From the NCBI GenBank assembly GCA_964234715.1, contig OZ174291.1: a stretch of 64,000 nt of DNA. The stretch is one strand, 5' to 3'. The notes under the pieces were generated by a model. The model saw only the letters and a program-made list of their open reading frames with translations, was not told where the DNA came from and ran no database searches. Numbering within the stretch: position 1 is the stretch's first letter; every line of letters starts with the position of its first letter. This DNA is from Podarcis melisellensis. Its lineage: Eukaryota. Shown here in pieces: positions 26,701 through 40,652 of this stretch. Made by a program: the position numbers and the translations under genes.

Positions 26701-29370
26701 TTGCAGCACATTAGCTGGGAGCAAGGGGAGGAGAAGGGAAATTCACTCCCAATAACTACTTGCTTGCCTAAGGGTAATCTATACTCACAAGCAAGCAGAT
26801 ATACATTATAACAGCCATTTATTAAGCATTTGGAATACCCTATCTTGTGATTTCAACCCACCTCTTCAACCTTCTCTCTAAAAAAATATGGTAACTAGCT
26901 TTAGGAAACTGTGTTGTGCATTCACAACTATTCTACTTAGTTGTATATCTTTCACAAAAATTGACAGAATACTGCTTAATCAATGGAAGGTACACAATTT
27001 AATCTGTATGCCATATTTGTTATTGCACCTCAAAACTGAATTTGCATTTTCTGTTGTCACTGTCGTGTTGTAGATTCGCCTCGCCCCCCCCCCCCGCTAT
27101 CCACCAATTATCCACCAGTTTATAAATTCCTCTATTTTGAGGTCAGTAACAACTTGGCATTTGTCTTTGGTTTCCAAGCAAGTGCTTTAACTGGCCAATA
27201 TAAACTTTGAATTCTAAATCAGTCCTTCTTAGGTCTTGTTTCTGCTGAGGTGGTTGACCTGAACGTGAGCTGTTCTGTTTTAGACCACAGGTATGGGCTC
27301 ACATGACGGAATGCTTCTCCATACAAAATACCCACTCTGCACAGAAAACTAGGAAATGGGAGAGAAGGCTAGGCTAAGGCTAGAACCAGTCTCCCTAGTT
27401 TTCAATGTGCAAGGATATTATCTATTATATATATGTGGAGCAGCATTTCATTACGTGAGCCGCACCTGTCTGAAGTGCCACATCCAGAGACAAGCTTACC
27501 ACCACAGTGAGAGCCAGGCCTATGTCACACCCTTCATCTGGGTGACTAATAAAAGCGACTAGAATTGACTAAGCAGATGCCAGCCAAATCTTGTTGTACA
27601 CCAACAATGAATTATTAGCGAAGTTCTCCAACAACCCAACCTAATGCTCTAAAATATATTTCTCCAATTTATAATTCATGAATGTCATCAAATAGATGTA
27701 TGAACGCTTTCAATCTAGTGTGTTACCCTCAGTCAAACAATTTACAGTACCATACCAACAGAGGAAGCTGAACTAAGGTGACACCGTTTGCTCTTTATAA
27801 AAATGCTCTTCAAAACTGTAGACTGCTAGGAACTGCTCAGCTTGTTTATAAGCTTAAGCTGCTTTTTGTTCTACTTGCCAAGCTTATTCATTATCTCTAG
27901 GAAGCACACAATTCCATGGACCCTCCCTTTTTTAAGATAACCATGGCATTTGCCTTCAGCCAGTTAAGAGATCTTGCACAGTTGCAATGGGAAACTTTGG
28001 AATGGAAAGTGCAAGAATTTCTCCCCCACTCCAAGTCCCTGCCAAAGACCTAGGGGTTTAGATTCAGTGCCATCAAAGCAGCCCCTCCAGCCCCTTCCTC
28101 ACACTTACTCTTGCATGTAGATGAGAAGGGGATGCTGACAGCAGGGACACCTCCCAGTCTGACACAAGGAAACATGGGGAATTTAGTTCCTGATGCTTCC
28201 AGTGTTAAATGTAGAGCATTCACTACATTACAAAATAATAGAAACTGCATTTCCAATGCTTCCTGGCAGTAATAAACATTCCCTCAGCATCACGTCTGAG
28301 GTCTTCAAAGCCACAAGCCCTCTCTGTTGCTATCCTTACCCCCAAGAGTAAGCTTGCGAAAAGGGAATGGTATGCAGACAGCTGGCAGCAGCAGAGGCCT
28401 TAGGCTGCAGGTAAATCAACAGGGCCTTTTTAGACAGGGCTGATGCTTCCCAGTTCAGATGATATAACTAATTTTTTTGTTTGTTTGTTTGTTTCTGGAT
28501 GTAATGTTTTGGCTAATGTTTAAATTGTTAGCATGCCTCCCAATTTGCTTGATTGTTTATTTTAAACAACCATTCTGAATGCAAGAAAAATGAGAGTGAA
28601 GGACTGAATTGGGATTAAAGAAAATATACTTTAACCCATTTCATTTTTATAGCATTTTCATTCCCCTCCCAGGTAATTAGACATGATCTCCTGGTCAACA
28701 CTATAGCTTCCACTTGCCATGCATAGGGCAGTTAACAGAAGGCAGGAACCACTTGCCTTAAACCAAGTCAGACTACTAGTCCACCAAATTCAATACTGTC
28801 TACTCAGAGTAACAGTCTCTCTCCAGGATTCCACACAGAATTGTTTCCCACTCTAACTGGAGGTTCCTGAGATCTCAAGTCTTTAAAAACATGATATGAC
28901 AAACAAAGCCTACTTGCCTGGCTTGTACAAGCAGGAAAATACACATGCAAATACCAGTTGAGGCTATTATTCCCAGACTCTGAAAATGGAATTTGGAATA
29001 ACAGCTTCTCTCTCCCCATTTTAAATCAGATGATGTCACAATGCACAGACAAGCACTTTACAGAACAGTGAGAATTATATGCTGTGCTCCTGGGTGTAAA
29101 GTCACATCCACATACTTTAAAGTGTTCAAATCAGCTAGAAGCATGTTCTCCTCTATGAGGAACACCTTAGCTATAACGTTTGCCTAGGATTCTGTACTCC
29201 TTAAAATACCTTATTGAGATTTGATTACATCATCACATCCCTAATAAAATATCCTACCCAGGATTCAATTTACTTATGGACCAAGAATCACCTAGGAAAG
29301 AGAATGAAGCAATGAGTCTTATCTTTCTTTTCCCCTTATGATAACTGACCTGAAACACAATACTCTAGTC

Positions 29371-29503
29371 TAGCCTTTCTCAACCTTGGGTTCCCAGATG
29401 TTCTTGAACTACAACTCCCATCATCCTTGACCTCTGGCCATGCTGGTTAGGAATCATGAGAGTTGTAGTCGAACATCTGGGGACTCAAGTTTGAGAAAGG
29501 CTT
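29371..29503. mobile_element. palindromic hAT MITE (many relatives: ~10990, 21330, 30605, 31650, 40405, 50540, 52830, 54860, 59130)
   Basis: Self-complementary ACTACAACTCCCATCAT / ATGAGAGTTGTAGT body; perfect 8-bp TSD CTCTAGTC (29363-29370, 29504-29511). Confidence 0.88.
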
Positions 29504-30323
29504 CTCTAGTCAGTTTGTGTATACTGTATTAGCCATCTAAGAAGCAAAACTCTCTCTTACAGGAGAAACTTATTTTCAAAGTTCAGCATAGGGTTCAATT
29601 CTGGCATCACACATAATTAATGAATGATGGGCATGATATCTGAACTGACAAACCATAGTTACACAATCACACCACTGCTTCCAGAGACAGGAATCAACTT
29701 GTGAAGTGCTTAGTGTACTGGAAATGAAAGGAAACACAGCAATAAGCAATGGTTTGCCTGGAAGCTCACACCCTGGGTCCTAAACTGGTTGACTCAAACC
29801 ATGACCATCTCATCACAGGGTCTGTTCTATACAAGGTAGAAATCAAGAATTTAGTATGGCAGCACCTACCCTTTGGAGCTCCCTCCCGTTACATGTCAGA
29901 AAGGAGCAGTCTTACTACTGTCTTTTCAGATCTTCCTTTTTCAACAAGACTTATAAGTGGGGATTTTTATCCCAATTTGTATTAAATTTAAAATTGTTTA
30001 TGTTTTTGATGTTAGGATGTTTCTTGGGAAGCGAGTCATAAATGAAATAAATGAATAAATAAGAAGTGCACATGGGAGCCCGGGCAGAGAAGGCTCCCTT
30101 TCCCTCCCTTGTGTGTTGGCAACCCCAAGTTATTCTGGCATCCATTGCTAAACTGGAACAAACTAAACAAACGTCTGCATCGCTGATACTATAAGAAAAT
30201 CCTGTATGATCTAAATGAAAGTATGGCATGACTCTTTTATTCACTTTGTCCTCTTCTCCCTCAGTGAGGAATTCTGGTGCCAGGTGATATGCTACACTGT
30301 ATGGCTTACAACAGGGCTAGCCA

Positions 30324-30596
30324 CCCGCTTGTGAAGATTATCAGAGATGACAAAGAAAGGAATATATGATAACAACAAGATGAGGAGGAAAATAACAAAG
30401 AGACTATCTGGACAGAACTGGACAGAATTGTGTAATTAAAGCAGCAGCAAGAGTGAAGTTTGGATCCCTTTTGGAGCTCGAAGTATGGGTACCCCCAACA
30501 AAATTTTAAAAATTTGGCTGTATAATTTGGAACTAATTTGATTTGGAATTAATGTGATTTGATTGGCCTGTTAATAAAAATTATTTTTTAAAAAAA
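30324..30596 (+). mobile_element. 5'-truncated poly(A) retroposed insertion, probably an L1 3' end
   Basis: AATAAA at 30573, A-rich end, 17-bp TSD TACAACAG(G/A)GCTAGCCA at 30307-30323 and 30597-30613. Confidence 0.7.
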
Positions 30597-33500
30597 TACA
30601 ACAGAGCTAGCCAACATGGTACCCTGCAAATGTTTTGGACTACTGCTCCCAGCAGCAAATCCAATGATAAGGGATGTGAGTTGTAGTCCAAAACATCTGC
30701 AGGGCACCACTCTGGCTACCCATGGCATACAGCATGCCAGCTTGTACAAGTTATGCATACAGGTTGGTTGGCTGGTTGGTTTTACTTTTGTGAAAATAGA
30801 TGACTCTTGTTTTCTACAGGATATTTTTCTGGAAAATAAATTTTGTGTGCCATAAACAAGGTTCTGATTCAGGTATCCACAAACCTACTACTAGCCATCT
30901 CAAGCAACAGATATTGCTAAAACCTGCCTAAAGCCCTAAACATGGTACAAAAAGCCAAGTGGCAAATCTTCCCTGTAACAACAGTGTTTGCTATTTTATA
31001 GCCAGTGAGCTGCAAAGCATCTTCATGGGATTTCCTCAGGGCCACAGCTCAGCAGGAGAGCACATGCGTTGGATGTGAAAGATCCCAGGTTCAATCCTCA
31101 ATATCTTCAACTAGGACTAAGAAAGACTCCTCCCTGAAACCCATCTGAAATAGACTCTGCATAATGCAACTTCCCATGTTCTGGGAAAATACAAAACTTA
31201 GTAACATCATTTTTGAGGATTTAAAACTTTAGTCAAATCCATTAAGCACACCTAGTGCAAGCAGTTTAAAAGCAGCTGGAATCATTCTTTAACAAGCTGC
31301 AAAATTTACCTGAAGTATCAAAGGTGGAGTGCCTTCTTTCCTCATACTTGATTATTTATTCCCATATGCATAACAACCACCTGCAATGTTGTCCTTGAAA
31401 ATTAAGTATCTCTTTTGCATTAATCTTGGCTTCCCCCCTTGCCTTAACACCTCTGCAGTTTACAGTCTCAATACACAGCTTAGCATGGCAATATGCATTA
31501 GGAGATGCTTTGCTTGCTGCCACACAAAATGACACAGCAGACTGCAGTTCCATTCTTCAGTCTTCTACTAACCAAGAAATACCCAACCATCTGAAGCTAT
31601 GTGCCTACTCCACACCAGGCAGTTCTCAAATTCCACATACTGTATTAACATTCCCCAACTGTCCCCTCCAGATAGTTTTTTTGGAGCCTAACTACCATCA
31701 GTCCCAACCTGCATGGTCAATGACTGGGAATGATGAGAGTTGTAGACCACAACAAGTGGAGGGCATTAGGCACAGGGAGGGGAGTTGCCATATGTCATTT
31801 ACTCCTTCAAAACCTGGCAATGTTCCTATATCTACCTGCCCTCTGTCACATGAAACTTTGAGAAATCTTTCCATACAACACTCAGTACTTTTCATCACTC
31901 TGATGTTCCACTTCACCTACACTTCTGAAATATTCAAACCCCTCCATGTATCCATATGTAAAGTACTGATAGAACACATTCCAGTTCTGGTTAATGACGC
32001 AGCAGATGGTGGAGGAGTGAAGCAGCAGTGACCATTCATCATGTCACAATAAGTAGTAGAGATAAGATAATGTGGAAGCAATGTTGGACATTTAAATAGT
32101 ATGCACCTACACAGTGGATATATCCAATACCTTCCTGGCAGCCCAGGGCAAGCAACCCCCATCCTCACATACACATTCCACTCATGGTGGACACTGGACA
32201 AGGGAGGGAAAGCCGGGCCTTCTCTATCCCACACGTTTTCTCAGCACAATACAGCTTTCAAAGGGCACTGGTCCCTTAGATCTGAAGTTGAATTTCCAAG
32301 GGATGTCCATTAGTTAATTGACAGATTTCCATTGAACTTGAAGCCTGCAGCTCAATCCTATGCTTGTTTAGTTGGAAGTGTCACTTTGTTGAATTAGGCT
32401 AACACTCTGGTCAGTGTGCATAAGACTGCAGCCTTAGAAATACTGTACAATTGAATCACTCAAGACCATTGTGGTAACACCAGCACCATCCTTTCAGCTC
32501 CCAAGCAAAGATATAGAAACATCTTGGCTACAATCCTAGCTGCACTTACTTGGAAGTAAGCCCCACTGAATGCAATAGAACTTCCTTCTGAGTAGACATG
32601 GTTAGGATTGTGCTGGTGGTGAATGATTTTGGAAAAAATCCTCCTTTACAGCTAGACAGACAGATCTGGAAGAGATTGTGAAGCTTATAGTAACAAGTAT
32701 AGAATGAAATGGCATTCAAAAACAACAAATTCCAGCAACAGTATATTATATGCAAGAAAACCTGAAATTAGCAACCACTGCCAACTTTCAAGATGAAAGA
32801 ACTGCTTCAAGTCCAGAACCAAACTCAAGTCGAGCTCCTGTAAACCTGCAAGCAATCACATAACAGTGTCTACCCAACTCAGCATGGCACACCACACCCC
32901 ATATCTAGAACACCACAAATGGAACATAGTCTCCAACACAACTTGCATCAGAAAAGGTAAAAACAGAGTCCCATGACACAACAATAATTCTGAAATCATC
33001 ATTCTGACTTTCTAGTCACACCCCTGCAGTGGTAAAATCCAGTCTTTCTACAGAAAAGTTCATGTTCTCAGTCTATGTCTCTATCCACTTTAGGTAAAAC
33101 CTAGTTTAATACATCAGGGGAGTAGAAAGATAAACTTCTGTATCTGAATACAGAGCCAAACTCTGAACCAATAAAGGGATGTTGTAGTCCTTTGGAAAGG
33201 TGAAGGATACAGGGGTGGGAAAGAAGGTGATTAACCCAGGCTTCCTCACAATGGTCTTAATTATTTTCATATGCAGGTATCCCACACAATACTGACCGTA
33301 TCTCATACGAAAGTCACCCACGTGCAGTGGGTAGCACCAGCAACCTTGCAAACAGTTGTGCAGTATGAGGAGGAATAGAAATATCACGAAACTTAACCAT
33401 TACACACATGCATACCATAAGGGGTGTGAGAGTTAAAAGGTCTCACCTGAGGACATTCCCAAGATCACTTAAAAGAGATTAAATGCCCCCCCCAGTATCC

Positions 33501-35009
33501 CTTTAGCTTGCATATGAAAATCTATGAAAGTTAACCCAAACCCAGTAAGGGCACACATCTTTGTGTCTAGTCATTTGTGGTCTTCACAATATTAAAAGCC
33601 AACTTTTGTCATGCTCCTTTGCTAGTCTCCAGAGGCAATTTACACTTGCCACAGGTAACCTGGTAAGTGGTTATTTACAGCACTGCTTCAATCACCAAAT
33701 CATACTCATAGCAGATTACAGAGACACAAATGGGTGGATTTTCTGTACACCCTTTTCAGTGTGGCCTAATCTGTATGGTGATGGCAAGGATGGAAGCATA
33801 AATTGGGAGTTACTTTGGATATTAATTATTGTGGAGAACAAAGATGACTGTGTGCTGATGATAACATTAAATTGGGGGCGGGAAGACAACATACATGAAG
33901 GTGAGGAAAAAACCAAAATATCAGATCTAGGGTTAAAAGGGAAAAGGAGAAACACACTATATGGGAGGAAAGGGGGGGGGGGTTAACAAACTCAATCTTC
34001 TGCCACACAAATTGGTCTCAGGCCTAAAACATGGGTGCACCCAGCCAAAGGGAAGCCAAGTACACCTTGCATTTACTTACACATATGTTTATGTTCCTCA
34101 AATGTCCCATGCAGTTGAGCAAGAGTTAAGAGGCCAAAATTTGGGGCCCGTGTACGCTTCCTTGAAACTACGTCCCACTGAATACAGCAAGCCTTACTTT
34201 CAAGTAAATTTACCCACTTATTTATGGGGGTAAGCCCTACTGAATTCAGTGGGCCTTTACTCCAGAATAAAGAGGCACAGGAGCAGGCTGCATGCTCCTA
34301 AGTGAGACAAAAGAGTCCAGATTCAGTTTTCACCTTGGACACAAACTCATCAGGCGGGCTTAGGCTAGCAGTTATTCTGTCCCATGACCTGCCTCACTCC
34401 CATTCACAATAACGCTGACCTACCTTACAGGGCTGTTATCCCCATATGAGAGAGTACACACACACACACACACTCTTAAGGTTGTATCCAGTGTCCACTC
34501 CAACTCCGAGCAATCTCATCGAAATAAATTGGCACGACTAATTTAGGTCCATTAATCTCCGTAGGTTTATTCCGAGCAGAACTGGATAAAACATTAGCTA
34601 TAACACGATGTAATAAGACTGAGAGGTCCCAAGACCACCAGCAGCTACCTCCACACTTATTCCCCCCTCCAAAAAAAAGGACTGTGAGAAGCAGCAGCGC
34701 TCTAAACAACTCTAATATTAAAAAACCAAGCAGCAGGACGACTTATTTACCACCACCATTCATTATTAAGTATCCCTATTAGCCCTGCCCTCCGTTATTA
34801 TTTACCAACGCTTCTTATTACCCAGGGAGGGCAACCCTGACACACCGGCGATAACAGAGGCAACGCTAACAGCAAAAACCCTGCAGCGACAAACAACAAC
34901 AACAACGGGAGGACACAGAACGCAAAGCGGCCTCTTCTTCTCTTTGACAAGGGCAAGACTTTAAACAAACAAACAAAGGTTGCAGTGGGAAGAGAAGCAG
35001 GAATCCCAG

Positions 35010-35860
35010 AGAAGCGGCGGCCCTGAAGCCTTATGGTGGGTGGGAGGACACGAAGACCCCAGAAGGGTGGAAAGTGCCTCCTCTCTCTCGCCCCCCTCCG
35101 GCCCAAGAAAAAGGCCCAACTCCGGAATACGCCAGGCCGCAGCTGCCTGAAGAATAAGACGCCAGGCCCCGGCCCCGCTCCTCAGCCGTCCTTCTCCCTT
35201 CCCATTCGGGCTGCTGCTACTGCTGCTCTTCCTCGGCCGCCTCTCTTCCTCCTCCTCCTCCTTACCCAGCGGCGGTGGCAGCGGGCGGCCATGGCGGGGG
35301 TCCCTCCTCCCCACCCCCCAACGGGGCGCAGCGGCGGCGGCGACTCGGAGGGGGGTGGTCGCTCGGCTTCCCCTCGGCGGCGTCGTCGCTGCTGCTTCTG
35401 CCGCCGCCTTCCCCTCGGCTCTGCGGCTCGGCGCCTCCGCCTCCCTCCTCACAACCACAACAACATGGCGGCCGGGGCCACACACCGAAGGGCGGGCGGG
35501 GGAAGGAGGAGGAGGAGGAGCCCGGTGGGGGAAGCGATGGAGGGCGGGAAGGAGCGCGAGCGAGGGCGGCCTCCTGGCTCGACGCTCCTCCTGAGGGGGA
35601 AACGGTGGGAGGCGGGTCGGGGGCGCGTCTCGTCGTCTTCTTCCCGAGGCAGGTGGTGGCGGCGGTGTTGCTTCTCGGCTCAGGGCTGAAGGGAGCTGGC
35701 CACTATCGCCTCTCCACGCGGACTAAAATGAAATTAAAATAAAAAGTTCCTTTTTCCTTCTCCTCGCGTCCCAACGCCTTGAGGGGATGGCTCCTTCTTT
35801 CGCAGAGACACTGAGGGAAGCGTTCATTATGAGGCGAATTCCGACAAAAGAAAACCAATC
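35010..35860 (-). promoter_or_regulatory. MTMR3: CpG-island promoter of MTMR3
   Basis: Very GC- and CpG-rich tract; YY1-like AACATGGCGGC at 35462-35472, GC boxes, CCAAT at 35855-35859. Confidence 0.85.
35266..35480 (-). other. MTMR3: MTMR3 first (5'UTR) exon; 5' boundary approximate
   Basis: Lies in a CpG island; minus-strand donor TGG|GTAAGG at 35266/35265; points toward the MTMR3 coding exons. The TSS cannot be determined from sequence. Confidence 0.7.
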
Positions 35861-35916
35861 AGCAACAAGAATTTTGTAGTGCCTTTAAGAACATGTGTGT
35901 GTATTATTATTAATTT

Positions 35917-35947
35917 ATATATATATAAATTTTATATATATAAATTT

Positions 35948-36002
<55 letters not shown>
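35917..36002. repeat. (TA)n microsatellite upstream of the MTMR3 promoter
   Basis: Seen directly. Confidence 0.95.
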
Positions 36003-36008
<6 letters not shown>

Positions 36009-36240
36009 TGTTTTGCAATTTGAAGTACTCATTCTCACATCCTTAAGATATCAGTGAGTTCCCTTCTTATCTTTCCATGGTTCATTTTACATATCATAAA
36101 TCCCTGCATATTTTACAGAAACTATACCATTCAGTATTCCATTAATACATCCATCATAACTTATTTACACTGTTGAATTTATCTTAATGCTGCCAGCATT
36201 TTCCGCTGTATAGTTATTTCCCATATATTCAATAAAAGTT
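36003..36240 (-). mobile_element. L1-like 3' fragment
   Basis: Minus strand reads KTFIEYMGNN, resembling an L1 ORF2 end, followed by a 3'UTR that runs into the (TA)n tract. Confidence 0.5.
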
Positions 36241-39200
36241 TTCTTTTTTTATATATTAGCATTATTACTAAATTTGTTGCCTGCCCTTCACCAGCAAGGA
36301 CGGGGTTACCAGCCATTTAAAATTCAGAATTAAAAACTGTTAAGACATATCAAACAGTTAAAACATAATTAAAAGCATAATTTGATGACATACAAGAATA
36401 AAGGAAAATATAAAATTAAACCTGCACACACAACATATATGAAGTGTCAGTTATTTCACAACCTGGAAAAAAAATTACTATTTTTGTTGGGTGAGGGTTT
36501 TCTTTGAAGATGTATTTGTAAAGGTTAGAACATTTTCCTCAAGGCCTTACGATAATCTCACTTGAAACCGAAAAGCTGGAACAAAAGGAAGGGCATAACT
36601 CTTACTTTTCTAACAGAGGGCAGAAATTGGGTAAAGAGGAACCCAAGTCAACACAGTTGCCTTGGATTAAAGTCCAGGGGGATTTCTAGTTGCACCAGAG
36701 AGGTATGGCACGCTGTATGGCGGTTCCCATTTTTGGCTACAATAGTTATCACAGTCTAGGATAAAAGTCTGGGGAATACCTTGTTGGAACATTATCGATT
36801 TCACTTCCCAACTATCAAAAACAGAAGTGTGGTGGGGGGATTAGGGGAAATACGCAGCAGTGCTGAAAATCCAGAACTTTCGCAAGTATCTTTACGATCT
36901 GTTTTTGTTTAAAGGGAAATGGCTATAAAATAGTCAGGACCAAATGTATTGCTGCAACAGGTACAGAGAATGGACCTTTGCTGGTGATCACCAACTTTGG
37001 GCTTTATTTCTCCTCCCCTGCATGAATGATAGCACTTCAGAATGCGCTGGGTAATTAAAGATGAGGAAAAATAAAAGCCAGTGACATATGCACTTGTGCA
37101 GGACCGGCCCTACAATTAGGCAAAGTGTGACAATTGTTTCAAGTGAAAGATGCAGTTGGGTGAGGAGTGCCGGCAAGATGTTGGCAGGGCATACCTTGAA
37201 CAGTTCCGCGGTCAGACTTTGCATGCAAGACTTAACAAAAATTCCAAATGTATCTTAATTTGCATATAATGAAGAATAACGACTAGAAGTGGCTGTAAAG
37301 ATTATAATGATATTGGCCTTCATACATCAGACACAGATGATTGCATTCGCAGGATTTTATTTTCAGTAATGTAAGCTGGGATCCTGTCAGGGGGGGGAAT
37401 GAGAATCAGATCATACAATTGGTTCTAATGCCATACATGTAAGAAAACAAAACTGATATTTAAATACTTGATTTAAAAAAATGCAGTTGGGCCACCCTAA
37501 CAAAATGACATTTCAGTTCTCCAGACCTTTAAACCTGAGAAACCTCACTTCCTGCAATCAAAGGAGTACATTCCTTGAGCAAAGAGATTTTATCACCAAC
37601 ACAGAATTGTAACGAAATCCTTTGTCCTACCTTGCTGGAAGAAACAAAGATGAATGTGTCAAAGGCATTCCAAGATGCCAGAACAAACTTGCAAAAGTTA
37701 GATTTAGATGGTTGATTCAGACTAGAGCAGTTCCGTAAACTGGTTCCACTCCAATTCTAGAACCGCAGGAATACGACACTGGCGCAAGGAAGAATCTGTG
37801 TCAGTGGTAGATTACAGACAATGGCTGCTATTCTTTGCACATGTTCCCAAGTCATTCTCTTTTTAAAAAGGGGCACTGTCCTTGGAAGTTCCATCTGAAA
37901 AGAAGCAGGAAATGCCACCTTCACTGTAATCTGTACAGCAGAATATGTCCTAGGCTTTGGATGTCTTTCACAAGCGCTGGAAAATGAAGATCAAGCCATA
38001 TTTATCAGCTTCTTGAAAAATGGCTGGCACTCAATATTTGCTCTGCATGCAAAACACCCCAGATTTGATATCTGGTGTCTCCAGAAAGGCCTGGGAAACA
38101 CTCCTATTTGAATCCCATGATAGCTGCTGCCTGTCAGTGTTTGGCAGTACTGGCTTAGATGGATCAATCACCTAGTATAAGGCAGCTTCCTATGTTCCTA
38201 TAAGCACAAGTTTGTTTTCGGAACATTGGTTCAGAGAAGTACCATAAAACAAACAGTAAAACAAACAGAATAATGAAATGATCTGTTTTGACAGGGTGAA
38301 CAATATTAAAAAAGGAGTGCCTTAAAAGAGAAAAGCAACAGGAAGGAAAGCATGAGCCGAATCCTGTTTGCGCAAGGTGACTCGAGGATTGCAAAACATG
38401 CAACGTACACAGGGAAGTGACAAGATCCACCACTGCTACACACCTAAGGAGTTCCAGGGTCAGAGACAGTATGTCTTAGGATCATGAATGACCGAGAGTA
38501 ATTGTTCTCATGCCCTGCTCATAGGTTTCCCAGATGCATCTGGGAATATAGGACAAGATAAGTCAGGTGTAGGGAACTTTTAACCCAAGGTACACATTCC
38601 CTCATAAGCAACCTTCTAGGGGCTGTATACTTCATATCTGATTTCTTAGAATGTACATATAGCTTGACTGTTAAAAGAAAACACCTCCGAGCAGTTTACA
38701 GAAAGAATAAAGCAATAAAATTATTAGTTAGAAAAAGTTAAAAATGACTATTTCCAAACCTCAACAAATAATTAAAATCAGCAATCAGCTAAAAACCAGA
38801 TTAAAACGCATGCCAACATTCTACAAGTCCGGACAGGCTTGCCTAAACAAAAATGTTTTTAACAGGTGCTTAAAGGAATACAGTGACAGCAGCTGCCATA
38901 TCATTGGTGGGTGTGGCCTGGCACTCACAGCTCTCCATCCTTCATCCAAGCAAGCAAGCAGGAGTTATTATTTCAGTTCAGGGACACATTCAGGCTAGGT
39001 AAAACCCACAGAGGGAACACAAAGTAGGGATGGGGGATAAATTCAATTCAGTTTGCATCAAAAGGTGAACCTACCTAATTTGCACTTTCTGAAACAATAC
39101 TGGAATGGAAACACAGCCATTCCTCGCAAATCTGTACTATGAATTTTGCAGTGAGGTCTACAAAAACGCACTTGCTGAGGTAAAGTATGCATAAAAATGT

Positions 39201-40652
39201 ATATGTTAGTAAAAATAACATTTCAAAACACAGTATTTTAGGGGAAATTACTTTCCACGAATGTGTATATCAGGCGAAAGCACAAACTGTAAGGAGATAT
39301 TCATACTACGGTGCTGGTGAATTTTAAGGATGGTGATCATTAGGACAAACAAACTGGTGTGGAATTGTGAGAAACTGAACATAAGACTGGAAAAGGGAGA
39401 AACTTAGGAAAACCGAAATTAACATATTAATCCATCAAGGTCACATTCCAGCCAGGTAAAACTAACAGAGGTTGTATAGAGCAGAGCCAGTGAGGACCAT
39501 GGTGGGCTGGGGGGAGTTGCATTGACCTGAGGTTCGCCACCTCTAATTTATATCCTAGATTTCTAACCTTACTTATTCCTGTGCTTCGGGTTCTCTGACC
39601 TACTTGTGAGAAGAAAATACAAACAGCAACACCACAACAACCCACCATCACAACCTTCAGTCTGCAAGCGCCCTTTTGTATTCTGCTGGAAAAAAATAAA
39701 TCAAAGTGTGAAGAATCAACAGTAGCCTTCTTTCCATGCAAGAAGGAAGTTCATTTGGCCGCAGCTGAGAGTAGCAGGAGCTGGTGGAAAAGAACTTTGA
39801 ACAGAGAATCTTTCTAAACATACAGAAAAGCAGTTTTTAAGATTGTAAATGGTGAGGTTGTCAGCTGGGAACTTGTCTGACATTGAAAGAACCCAGAAAC
39901 TTCGGAAAACTGATTTTTCTCTCTCTCAGTCTCAATTTTTTGTAGTTTGCATGAGACATGAACAAATAAATTAAAAGCCAACCTCAAACCGTCTATCTCC
40001 TGGGAAGACTCTGGCATCTTTTCCTGCACACTGCATTCTTTGAAAGGGAGAATGCTGCCTTGTGCCTTATCACTGGCTGAGCGAAAAAGGGTTCTCTTGG
40101 TCCTCAAACAGAGCCAAGACAATTAGCGACATATATCTGTCAAACCTCCAGAGTGCCTGTCAAGGCACTCATTCCAGGCTTTGACTGGATAGGACACTCT
40201 GGACCATTCAATAGTTGTGCATTCAGCGCTCAGCAGCTTCCAAGCTCTTCTTCTTATGTAAGTCAAACTCCATTTCCTACAGTTCCTTTGTTTAGAAAGC
40301 ATTAGGATCTCGTCCGGATTTTCCTCCTGCCAAAATATGAGGTCCTTGTGAGCTATTTTTCAGGACCAGTTTAGCTGTGTGATGTTTATGTGTGTATCTT
40401 TAGCCCACAGATGGGGAAATTTGTGGCCCTCCAGATGTTGTTGGACTACAACTCCCATCAGCTTCAACCAGCATGGTCAATGGCCTGGGAAGACCAGAGC
40501 TGTAATACAACATCTGGAGGGCCACAGGTTCACTAACCCTGCCTTAGCCCTTGTACAGCTATTAACAAAGGAAGGAAGAAAATGCATAGAGGAAGCCTGG
40601 AACTGCATCAGGAGGACTGTGGCATAGAAGGGGCTTTAGCCCTTTATCCTTA

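Noticed and set aside
31426-32031. 201-aa ORF
   Set aside because: Non-ATG start, runs through a MITE, antisense within an intron, and no recognisable domain.
34798-35742. Overlapping 73-218 aa ORFs
   Set aside because: Low-complexity R/G/P/A products expected from a stop-poor CpG island.
37631-37894. Possible minus-strand exon (TTTTCAG ... AAG|GTAGG)
   Set aside because: Stops in all three frames and no recognised homology; splice-like signals alone are insufficient.
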